Below, one piece after another: positions 1 through 7,640 of a DNA stretch of 24,745 nt (its first letter is position 1; the number at the start of each line of letters is the position of its first letter). Below the pieces are notes generated by a model that searched no databases, was not told where the DNA came from, and was given only the letters and a program-made list of their open reading frames with translations. A program made the translations under genes and the position numbers. Source of the DNA: Methanotrichaceae archaeon (GTDB taxonomy: Archaea > Halobacteriota > Methanosarcinia > Methanotrichales > Methanotrichaceae); assembly GCA_963754945.1 (NCBI GenBank), contig CAVWIG010000054.1, positions 1-24,745 on the forward strand, in the 5' to 3' direction.

Positions 1-64
1 GGCCGATTTATTATGCACGGGTATACGCCATATGAGGTAGCGAGGATTATACATCACCTGTGGT

Positions 65-454
65 TCATCGAGCTTTGAAATACTGAAACAGCTCGATGAG
101 GTTTCCAGAAGGATCTTCAAGTAGTATCTGCTTGCCGCCAACTCCAGTAACAATCTCATTACGAAACATGCAGCCAGCCTTCTTGAGCATATCCACCGTA
201 GATGCAATATCCTCGACTTCGATCTGAAATCGGTTCCAGCCACCTGGAGTTTGAGGGGTTCCGTCTGGCATTTCTTTACCGCCACCACCTCGTCCGCTCG
301 GCTTGCTAAGCAACAACCTCAGATTTTCCCTTGACAATATTGCGAATTCAGGTGCAGGATGTATCTCTACTTTGAAATCTAGCATCTTTGTGTAGAACTC
401 GATCGCAGCATCCACATCATTCACAATGTATCTGACGCTGACTGGTTTTGACAT
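65..454 (-). CDS. VOC (glyoxalase/bleomycin-resistance) family protein
   Basis: YIVNDVDAAIEFY at the N-terminus, FQIEVEDI in the middle and EDPSGNLIELF at the C-terminus are VOC signatures. Confidence 0.9.
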   Translation of the reverse strand: MSKPVSVRYIVNDVDAAIEFYTKMLDFKVEIHPAPEFAILSRENLRLLLSKPSGRGGGGKEMPDGTPQTPGGWNRFQIEVEDIASTVDMLKKAGCMFRNEIVTGVGGKQILLEDPSGNLIELFQYFKAR

Positions 455-559
455 CTTACCAACCCAATTTATGCTTATTGATTTGCATCATATATTATTA
501 TTGAAAAAATGAGTGAATCTATTGTCTCAACGTTTGGATCAGACTTGGCATCGTTTTCC

Positions 560-1519
560 TCAATCGTTTATCCTAAGTGCCAGCTTGCCGATGTGGTGCT
601 TCAGGACGTCTCGATGCGCCTGAGCTGCTTCCTCAAGCGTATATGTCTTGCTGATCTCGACGTGGAAGGGTCCTTGGGCGATCAGGCCGTTTAAGCGCTC
701 GAAGGCCTCTGGGCTAGGAAGGCCGTCATAGGCGTGGACTTCTACTCCTGCCTGACCAACGGGTTCCGGCTCCACGCCGTTCGGGTACGCGATGTTCCCG
801 CCTTTCTTCACCAGTTTTAGTGCTTCCATCAGGTCATCTGAATTCGTGAAGGCCAGGGCAGCGTCCAGGCCCTTCGGGGCGAAATCTATCACCGCTCCCA
901 CAATGTCCGCATCGTGCCCGTTCACAGAGTGGTCAGCTCCCAGGCGCTTCACCAGATCAACCCCGTCCTTTCCAGAGGCTAAAGCCAAAACGCTCGCTCC
1001 CATCAGCTTCGCCAGTTGAAGGGCAACGTGGCCTACGCCGCCGCTCGCCCCTACGATCATGAGCCTCTTCCCTTTACCAAGCCTCAACCTTTCGAGTCCC
1101 AGGAGGGCCGTTATTCCGCTCACGGCCAGCGCTCCAGCTTCATCCGGCTTGACCTTTTGTGGGATCATCGCTGCGTTCTCTTCATAGACCGCAGAGTACT
1201 CGGCGTAGAAGCCTCCCTTTGGGTTGTCGTAACCATAACCGTAAACAAGATCACCGACCTTGAAACGCCGCACATTTGGCCCAATGGCAACAACTGTTCC
1301 TGCCCCATCGGACCCCAGAACCAGCGGGAAGCTTCGGCTGCTAGCTCCGCCTTCACGGAGCCACGGGTCCCAAACTCCAACGCCGGCTCTACTAACCCGA
1401 ACTAGAACCTCGTTCTCACCTGGTTCCGGCACGGGTATCGATGCTACGTGAAGGACCTCAGGACCGCCGAAATGGTCGATCACCGCTGCTTTCATGGTTT
1501 TAGGAATTGATGGACTCAT
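560..1519 (-). CDS. NADP-dependent oxidoreductase, MDR/quinone-oxidoreductase-like
   Basis: FGGPEVL, PLVLGSDGAGTV and the Rossmann motif GASGGVG; no catalytic-Zn GHE motif; AAGGTGAG ribosome site upstream. Confidence 0.9.
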   Translation of the reverse strand: MSPSIPKTMKAAVIDHFGGPEVLHVASIPVPEPGENEVLVRVSRAGVGVWDPWLREGGASSRSFPLVLGSDGAGTVVAIGPNVRRFKVGDLVYGYGYDNPKGGFYAEYSAVYEENAAMIPQKVKPDEAGALAVSGITALLGLERLRLGKGKRLMIVGASGGVGHVALQLAKLMGASVLALASGKDGVDLVKRLGADHSVNGHDADIVGAVIDFAPKGLDAALAFTNSDDLMEALKLVKKGGNIAYPNGVEPEPVGQAGVEVHAYDGLPSPEAFERLNGLIAQGPFHVEISKTYTLEEAAQAHRDVLKHHIGKLALRIND

Positions 1520-1640
1520 TCAATCTCACCTTACGTCTAACCGACAAACAGTTTATTATGTGCGGCCAAAGAGGGGCCAGAGAAGTTGATTCTACACAAT
1601 GGAGGGATGACTTCTTCATCGAGATATAGCACTCTATGAA

Positions 1641-1655
1641 ATATAAATTTTTCTT
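1641..1655 (-). promoter_or_regulatory. Candidate archaeal BRE-TATA promoter for the oxidoreductase gene
   Basis: Minus strand reads AAGAAAAA-TTTATAT, about 120 bp upstream of the ATG at 1519. Confidence 0.5.
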
Positions 1656-1758
1656 ACTGTGACTCCAAGTTACTCGTTCGCAAAAAACCTTCATGACTTA
1701 TGGTCACCGTGAGGATGAAAATGGATCGGTGAGAGGACCCATTTAGTACCAAGAACTT

Positions 1759-1786
1759 AAAACGGTCGGGCGGGGGGGGGACGTTT
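1759..1786 (-). terminator. Possible end of the gvp transcript (imperfect hairpin, C-rich loop, short U run)
   Basis: Minus strand AAACGTC-(C-rich loop)-GACCGTTTT about 20 bp after the gvpM stop. Confidence 0.2.
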
Positions 1787-1807
1787 CGTAGTAGCTATCC
1801 AGAGGTC

Positions 1808-2071
1808 TTAAAGAACAACGTTCTCGCCGTTCTCCAGAGCCGCCTTTCTTTCCTGGCGGACATACCACTCCCTTGTGGCCTTATCGCAGTCCTCCATCAT
1901 TCCATAATCAAGCATGGTTTCCATGCTGGCCAGGACAGCCCTCAGGTTCACTCCGATCATTGGGATGCCCGCCACGGATATGATCAGATCCGCGTTAAGC
2001 ACCACACCTTTGTTCAGCAGCCTATCCAGCACCTCCACAAGGCAGCTTTCGCGTTCCGGCTCCAAGATCAT
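1808..2071 (-). CDS. gvpM: Gas vesicle protein GvpM (GvpA/J/M family)
   Basis: LVEVLDRLLNKGVVLNADLIISVAGIPMIGVNLRAVLAS; last gene after gvpK-gvpL; ATGA overlap with gvpL. Confidence 0.8.
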   Translation of the reverse strand: MILEPERESCLVEVLDRLLNKGVVLNADLIISVAGIPMIGVNLRAVLASMETMLDYGMMEDCDKATREWYVRQERKAALENGENVVL

Positions 2072-2847
2072 GCACCCCCGGTGTCCACGAAGCTGAAAGG
2101 AGCCCAGGGGCCAGTAAACCGGACGGCTAGACCATCGAGGCAGTTTATCTTCTCCAAGGCCATGCCTAGCAAGTCAACCTTGTCTCCGTGGACCAGACAG
2201 GAGAAGGAAGCCATCAACTTCTTGTCCTTGTACTTCTCCGGAACGAAAGAGTGCCTCTCTTCGGTCTTGACCTCATCGGCGATGGACTCTATATCCAGGC
2301 CGAACTGCTCAGCCAATTTTTCTACATGCAAAGAAACGGCATCCTTTAGCTTCAGATCCAGGTTCCGCTGTAGCAGGTAGGCCTTCCCCCTGCTTTGCGC
2401 ATCGATCTTTTCCTTTAAAGAAAGAAGATCACAGTTGCCGCTCAGCACTTTGGATGCACACTTATCATAATCATAGAAGATCTGGACGGAGTATTCCGCT
2501 CTGTCCGAGAGCCTGTTCAGCTCCTCTTGAAGCCTTTCGTAGTTCTGGTCCAGCCATCCTCGAATCGCCTCATCGCCTCCCCTGATTATCACATCGAAGG
2601 AGAAGGGGAGGACTGTTCCGAACTTCTTCATGGCATGGTCGATGACGTAACTGTGCTCAAGCACCCAACCTTCCGCCAGGGCATTGTTCGTGGTGTCGTA
2701 GGGCACAGGCGAACAAGAGTGTACAATTGCCGCTATGTCCCGGTGAGAGACGGTGTAGACCAACTTTTCTTCTATCCCTATGCCACCAAGATGGAGTTCT
2801 TCGTGCCCTCTGACTATGCAATAAAGATACCTGGCTTCATCGCTCAT
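2068..2847 (-). CDS. gvpL: Gas vesicle protein GvpL (GvpF/L family)
   Basis: YLYCIV start, VLPFSF core, C-terminal FTGPWAPFSFV; position between gvpK and gvpM. Confidence 0.85.
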   Translation of the reverse strand: MSDEARYLYCIVRGHEELHLGGIGIEEKLVYTVSHRDIAAIVHSCSPVPYDTTNNALAEGWVLEHSYVIDHAMKKFGTVLPFSFDVIIRGGDEAIRGWLDQNYERLQEELNRLSDRAEYSVQIFYDYDKCASKVLSGNCDLLSLKEKIDAQSRGKAYLLQRNLDLKLKDAVSLHVEKLAEQFGLDIESIADEVKTEERHSFVPEKYKDKKLMASFSCLVHGDKVDLLGMALEKINCLDGLAVRFTGPWAPFSFVDTGGA

Positions 2848-2850
2848 AGT

Positions 2851-3165
2851 CTAGCTTTCCTGCTCCTTGGTCCATCTCTCGGGATCAATGAACTGATCGA
2901 CTATGTTTTCAGCTACACTGTCAAGCCCATCCCTTACAGACTTCACAGCGTCTTCGATGCCGTTATCGACTTTAATTTTCTTCAGGGCCTCGTCCAGCTC
3001 GAAGAGAGAATCCCCGAGTCGCTCCATCTCCTCGTCGCTCAGCCTTCCTCCTTCCATTCTCCTGATAGCCTGTCGCTCGAGTACCTCTTCGATGATCTCG
3101 ACCAGGGCAACAACAAGACCAAGTAACCCTTCCGTTAGGTTCTCCTCATCGATGTTAATGGCCAT
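2851..3165 (-). CDS. gvpK: Gas vesicle protein GvpK
   Basis: GLLGLVVALVEII..LERQAIRRMEGGRLSDEEMERLG is the GvpK signature. Confidence 0.93.
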   Translation of the reverse strand: MAINIDEENLTEGLLGLVVALVEIIEEVLERQAIRRMEGGRLSDEEMERLGDSLFELDEALKKIKVDNGIEDAVKSVRDGLDSVAENIVDQFIDPERWTKEQES

Positions 3166-3169
3166 TTCA

Positions 3170-3811
3170 CTACCGTTCTATCTTGAGCTGAAGTATGCCG
3201 TTCTTGTAGGTCCTCTCCATAATGGACTTGGGAGTGCAAGGCAGGGCTACCGTCTTGCTGAACTGGCCGGCGTTTATCTCCAGGGACTCTCCTTTCAGCT
3301 GGACCTTTAGGTCATCCTCGGTGATCCCGGGTAGCTCGGCGATTACAGTGATGTAATCTTTCCCGTCGAGCACATCGACTATGGGCTCCCTCACGGGTCC
3401 CTTTTCAGGCATCCTCACGTTTACCTCTCTCGGAGCGGTCTTTCTCCTTGGTCCGCCGGAAAGAGGCCTTGTGGATATGTGGTAATCTACAACGGGCTTG
3501 CTCGACCAGCCCACATCGATCCTGTGCTTTATCTCGGCATCAGTATCTGCAATCCTATTTCGAAACTCCGGCGAGGACTTCTCCAGAGCCTTGATGATCC
3601 CCCCGAGGCCTGGAACGAACTGGCCAACGATGCCCCCCACCAAACCTTCCACGCAGATGTCTCCTCCGGACTCCTTTTCGACCTGTATTCCTGGCTCGCT
3701 CAGTTTCCCAGGCTCTTTCTTTTCCAGGTCTCCAATCCGCTTCTCGAGCTGTCTTATCCTTTCCTCGTACTGTTCATTGGCCTCATCTTTATCCTTTGGT
3801 GCCTTTTTCAT
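3170..3811 (-). CDS. Hsp20/alpha-crystallin domain protein, GvpH-like
   Basis: REPIVDV..ITVIAELPGI..TYKNGILQLKI alpha-crystallin domain; N-terminal coiled coil; GAGGTGAG ribosome site. Confidence 0.85.
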   Translation of the reverse strand: MKKAPKDKDEANEQYEERIRQLEKRIGDLEKKEPGKLSEPGIQVEKESGGDICVEGLVGGIVGQFVPGLGGIIKALEKSSPEFRNRIADTDAEIKHRIDVGWSSKPVVDYHISTRPLSGGPRRKTAPREVNVRMPEKGPVREPIVDVLDGKDYITVIAELPGITEDDLKVQLKGESLEINAGQFSKTVALPCTPKSIMERTYKNGILQLKIER

Positions 3812-3831
3812 GACTGCTCACCTCATCAAAA

Positions 3832-4200
3832 TCAATCATAGCTATCAGAAGGCGGCCTTATTAGGGGCAAGCTCTGCATCGGACTGGACCAACCACAGAT
3901 GGGGCACCCCTCTTGAATGAGCAGCTTCTCGTCCCTTCGGTGCCCGCATTCCGGGCACGCCGCCTTGGTCACTGATGCCTCCTTCCAGCCTGGTGCGTTG
4001 AGGTTTGTTCCTGAAGGGAGGTCCATCCCATACTTTGCTGCTGTCTCGAAGGAAGCCAGAGTTGCTCGTATCTTAATTCCTAGCAGCTCAGTGCCGGCTA
4101 TCGACACTGCTATATCCGCGTTGATCACCAGGCCTTTGTCCAGTATCCGCTCCACAACATCAGCCAGGTTGCTTGTTTTGTTTGGCGCTAATCCCATCAT
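3832..4200 (-). CDS. gvpJ: Gas vesicle protein GvpJ with C-terminal CxxC..CxxC ribbon
   Basis: LADVVERILDKGLVINADIAVSIAGTELLGIKIRATLASFETAAKYG GvpJ core, then CPECG..CPICG. Confidence 0.9.
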   Translation of the reverse strand: MMGLAPNKTSNLADVVERILDKGLVINADIAVSIAGTELLGIKIRATLASFETAAKYGMDLPSGTNLNAPGWKEASVTKAACPECGHRRDEKLLIQEGCPICGWSSPMQSLPLIRPPSDSYD

Positions 4201-4215
4201 ACTAATCCCATCATA
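4188..4215. repeat. Perfect 14-bp tandem duplication over the gvpJ start
   Basis: CTAATCCCATCATA at 4188-4201 and again at 4202-4215. Confidence 0.95.
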
Positions 4216-4298
4216 GTTTCGCTGGTGGATTTAGAACACTTATTTTGGCTTATATTTCTCCAAGCCTTCAGGAAGCGATTTCTTCTCTGAAGTAAGGC

Positions 4299-4580
4299 TT
4301 ACCTCCGCTTGGCAAGCTCTGCTTTGATCCTTCTTTTATGGGCAGCTATCGCATTTTTGTGTTTGATCTGCTGGCCCCTCTGCTGCCCCTGGACCACCGC
4401 CTTCTGAGCGTTCCATCTCCCTTGGATGCTCAGCTTATTCCGGCGAGAGGTTTCGTACCATTCCCTTTTGGTCTTTCTTAATTGAGGTATAACCTCGTCC
4501 CTGATCCTTCTCTTATGGGCAGTCACAAGCGTGTGCTGTCGCCTCTTATTCTCCATGACCTTGCGCACCATCAATGCCAT
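4299..4580 (-). CDS. Small very basic gas-vesicle-cluster protein (GvpI-like by position and charge)
   Basis: 93 aa, about 28 K/R versus 6 D/E, AHKRRI twice; GAGGAAG upstream; lies directly before gvpJ. Confidence 0.65.
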   Translation of the reverse strand: MALMVRKVMENKRRQHTLVTAHKRRIRDEVIPQLRKTKREWYETSRRNKLSIQGRWNAQKAVVQGQQRGQQIKHKNAIAAHKRRIKAELAKRR

Positions 4581-4624
4581 TTATCTTCCTCGGGTTAGTT
4601 TGACATTATTATTCCATATCATTA

Positions 4625-4864
4625 TTACAATGATCTGCGATGGGCAGATGTATTAGACTCATTGCTATCCATTCCTATCCTGATCACGCACTCGTACACC
4701 GCTCTGGAGAAGAAAGGACCTTCAACATTCCCTTGGATATTCCTCTTTGTTTCTCCCGCCCCATCCATCTCTTGGAGAATCTGCAGAAAACCTGCTATTC
4801 CGCAGATCTGCCCCCCCTCCGGAATCACAGGTCCTCTTGTAGCCGCGGTCTCATCGTCTTTCAT
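4625..4864 (-). CDS. Small gas-vesicle-cluster protein resembling the GvpH N-terminal region
   Basis: Starts 2 bp after the gvpG stop; amphipathic helix then beta-hairpin-like RAVYECVIRIG; no crystallin domain. Confidence 0.55.
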   Translation of the reverse strand: MKDDETAATRGPVIPEGGQICGIAGFLQILQEMDGAGETKRNIQGNVEGPFFSRAVYECVIRIGMDSNESNTSAHRRSL

Positions 4865-4866
4865 AT

Positions 4867-5148
4867 CTATCCAAGTAAGTCTGTTTTCTGGCCCAGGTCC
4901 ATCTCAGAGGCTTTTAGAGCGAGCCGAAGCTTGTACATGAGATCAGAGTTGATCCGCTCATACTCTTTCCGTGTCGTCTCGCCGAACTCGTAAAGCAAAC
5001 GATTCTCCTTTATCTGGCTCTTGATCTTCTCTGGGTTGTACGTTTCTTTGTAAGCAAACTTGTAGATCTGTTCAATGGTCCAGAACATGTCGATTGAGGG
5101 TATTGAGATGCCGAGGGAACGCAAGACGATATCGTCTATTAGGAACAC
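4867..5148 (-). CDS. gvpG: Gas vesicle protein GvpG
   Basis: MFLIDD..YNPEKIKSQIKENRLLYEFGE pattern of archaeal GvpG; GTG start overlaps the gvpF TAG by 1 bp. Confidence 0.85.
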   Translation of the reverse strand: MFLIDDIVLRSLGISIPSIDMFWTIEQIYKFAYKETYNPEKIKSQIKENRLLYEFGETTRKEYERINSDLMYKLRLALKASEMDLGQKTDLLG

Positions 5149-5834
5149 TATCTGAACCCCTTTCGCTGCTTTCCCAGAATGTATATGTCCACGAAGTTAT
5201 AAGCAGGCCAGGGCCCGGAGTACTGCACCTTGACCTCCCCGTACCCGGAAGAGATCTCCCCGACCCGCTCAGAAAACTCAAGGATTTTTGCCCTGTCCAC
5301 CAGAAAGGCCACATTCAATATCAGCCGGTCGCTGAATAGCTTGAGCTCTTTTGAATCAACAGAAATGCCCTGCAGGTTATCCAAGAATTCGGATCTGCAT
5401 TCTGATCTCTTGGCATCCCAGCCTTCTACGCCCTTGGGCAAAAATATCTTGATGCCGAGCTCGACCTTGTTGTCCACAACTTCGAAGGCCTTCTTCATAG
5501 CTGCGTAACCTGCCCCCATAGCAATAGTTAGCAGCTTTCGGTTCTTGAAAATCATCCCGTAGGCCACGGGCAGTACACTGTACTCGGTCATGACACGCTC
5601 TACAACTTTCCTGTGAGTCTCGACCTCACTCTCATTGACAGCGTACTCTCTGAAGACAGCATCGCTAATTACTGGTGTGACGTCCTTGTACTCGAAAGTG
5701 TAAGCCTCCTGGTCTCCAAAGCCCAGATTTCCGAAGCTCTTCTTATCTTCAGGAGCTTTTATTACACAGTAGACATACTTACCAAGGCTTTCTTCTGGTT
5801 TATGTCCTTCAGTTCGCAAGGTCCTTCTAGCCAC
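5148..5834 (-). CDS. gvpF: Gas vesicle protein GvpF
   Basis: YVYCVI, VLPVAYG, LFSDRLILNVAFLV, YSGPWPAYNFVDI; precedes gvpG; GAGGTG ribosome site. Confidence 0.88.
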   Translation of the reverse strand: MARRTLRTEGHKPEESLGKYVYCVIKAPEDKKSFGNLGFGDQEAYTFEYKDVTPVISDAVFREYAVNESEVETHRKVVERVMTEYSVLPVAYGMIFKNRKLLTIAMGAGYAAMKKAFEVVDNKVELGIKIFLPKGVEGWDAKRSECRSEFLDNLQGISVDSKELKLFSDRLILNVAFLVDRAKILEFSERVGEISSGYGEVKVQYSGPWPAYNFVDIYILGKQRKGFR

Positions 5835-5839
5835 AGGAG

Positions 5840-6118
5840 CTACACCTCTTCTTCAACCACTTCCATATCGGCCCTATGGCGAAGTCCAATTCTCCTGTAG
5901 CCTTGGAGCTCCCCACCATCGTCGAACTTCATCTCGTACTTTCCAAGGATGTCCTGGGTATCCGGAACGGCCTTTCTCTCCAAAACCTCGGACTCTACTA
6001 TCCAACCCTCACCGTCTCTAGAGACGCTGACTATGCTATCGACTTTTTTGTTAAAGAGCGTCTCCGCCATAACGCAGGCCTTTTCACTTATCGCTTGGAT
6101 CTTTGGCTTACCTGTCAT
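5840..6118 (-). CDS. gvpO: Gas vesicle protein GvpO
   Basis: GWIVESEVLERKAVPDTQDILGKYE..GELQGYRR GvpO signature. Confidence 0.92.
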   Translation of the reverse strand: MTGKPKIQAISEKACVMAETLFNKKVDSIVSVSRDGEGWIVESEVLERKAVPDTQDILGKYEMKFDDGGELQGYRRIGLRHRADMEVVEEEV

Positions 6119-6129
6119 CTCAAATCCAC

Positions 6130-6501
6130 CTAGGGAGTGTAGATAATATCACCCTTCTCGGATGGAAGGACTTCCACAGCCCTACCTATCCAATCACTAA
6201 CTCCATCTCTTAAATTATATATACTGATATCCTCGGCGAACCTATAATACCGTATAAATTTGGCTAGTCTGTGCCTCCTGGCTTGGCTTGCATCAGAGCC
6301 CATGGACTGCTCATCGAAGGTTCCATCCGGCTTGAGGCACAGATAGAAGGTTTCTGTTATCATCCTTCCATCTTCGGTTCTGGCGGTGATTACTACGGCA
6401 TCCGTCTCGTTGAAACGCAATCCTGGTGGTTTTCTTCTGAAGAGATCGCCAACTATCTTGTGAACGCCCGCTTCCTCAATTACAGCTTTAGTTAGTTCCA
6501 T
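6130..6501 (-). CDS. Hypothetical protein inside the gvp operon
   Basis: 123-aa ORF with 10-11 bp gaps to gvpN and gvpO on the same strand; no family recognised. Confidence 0.75.
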   Translation of the reverse strand: MELTKAVIEEAGVHKIVGDLFRRKPPGLRFNETDAVVITARTEDGRMITETFYLCLKPDGTFDEQSMGSDASQARRHRLAKFIRYYRFAEDISIYNLRDGVSDWIGRAVEVLPSEKGDIIYTP

Positions 6502-6511
6502 AATGATACTC

Positions 6512-7588
6512 TTAGGAAACCTGGGATACGGACTCTATAACCAGCTTAGTCTTTTCAGCCATGTCCTGAGACGAGCATGTCTTGGTTGCTATGACGTCGA
6601 TGCAGAGCTGCTCAAAGCCTATATGTCCGTCGCCGTTGAGGGTTTTCAAGCCATTGGCAATCATTATGCAAGCTCTTGTTCCAGGCTTCTGGCCATCTGG
6701 GAGCTTATCCCTTATCGACCGAACGACGCTTACGATCTTTCTAGATTGCTCAATTGATAATCCAGTGTGCTCCCTTACGATCTGGACTTCAGTGTCGTAG
6801 CAGTAATAATCAGCGTATATTCCTACCATCCTGTCGAGAAGCGCATCCTGTGGTCTATGGATACCGGCGTACTCTATGGAGTTGCTTGTGAGAATGGCCC
6901 TGAAATCTTCGTGAACCTTGACATACCTTTCGTCCCCAAACTTAGTGGGCAGTTCCAGGATTCCTTCCTCGAAGACTGAGAGCAGTATGTTGTTGGAAGC
7001 AGGCTTCGTTCTGGAGAATTCATTATAAATCAGAGTGTAGCCATATTTACATGCTAGAGATAGGGGGTTATCCACCCATTCTATCTTGGTTACGTCTCTG
7101 CTTTTAAATACATTATGAATATAATTATCTCTAACACTCTCGTTCTCCATCTGGGAGTATCCGCCGATCAGATCGCTGGTAGTTATAGCTTCATCGCCGT
7201 TGATCCAAACCACAGGCCTGCCCAGCTCCTTTGCGACGTGAGTTGCGAGGCTCGTCTTCCCACATCCGGTTGGACCAATCAAGTGAACCGGGTAACCTGA
7301 ATTTAGCCAGAGCTTCAGTCTACTTTCTATCTCCATTACCTCAGGAGTTTCTATGAAATGCTTTACATCTGGCATCAGGTAAGCGGTCTCTATAGCCCGT
7401 CTTACTGCTTCGTCTGATGGATTTCCAATCTCTTGCGGATATTTGGGCGACCTCACCCTGACCTGGATATCGGGCTCTTTGGATCTAGTGATCGCTTCAC
7501 GTGCCTGCGAGTTCGCTTTTCTTTCGCTGGCCGTTTGATGGACGGACTCTCCCCTCACCTTCCTTGGATGTGATTCGATATATTGCAT
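6512..7588 (-). CDS. gvpN: Gas vesicle AAA+ ATPase GvpN
   Basis: GYPVHLIGPTGCGKT Walker A, DNYIHNV, LIYNEFSR, QDALLDR. Confidence 0.95.
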   Translation of the reverse strand: MQYIESHPRKVRGESVHQTASERKANSQAREAITRSKEPDIQVRVRSPKYPQEIGNPSDEAVRRAIETAYLMPDVKHFIETPEVMEIESRLKLWLNSGYPVHLIGPTGCGKTSLATHVAKELGRPVVWINGDEAITTSDLIGGYSQMENESVRDNYIHNVFKSRDVTKIEWVDNPLSLACKYGYTLIYNEFSRTKPASNNILLSVFEEGILELPTKFGDERYVKVHEDFRAILTSNSIEYAGIHRPQDALLDRMVGIYADYYCYDTEVQIVREHTGLSIEQSRKIVSVVRSIRDKLPDGQKPGTRACIMIANGLKTLNGDGHIGFEQLCIDVIATKTCSSQDMAEKTKLVIESVSQVS

Positions 7589-7640
7589 TACTGGGCACCT
7601 TCCGTGAAATTTAGATTACTATAAAAATGTCTACTAGGGT

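Noticed and set aside
509-1451. Plus-strand ORFs opposite the oxidoreductase, and similar shadow ORFs throughout the track
   Set aside because: They are antisense or alternate frames of clear genes and have no motifs.
1500-1694. 64-aa minus-strand ORF upstream of the oxidoreductase
   Set aside because: It overlaps the likely promoter and leader and has no protein-like features.
7010-7040. GvpN Walker B reads LIYNE rather than DE, suggesting a dead ATPase
   Set aside because: I recall YNEFSR in archaeal GvpN proteins, so this is probably the normal variant; not verified by alignment.
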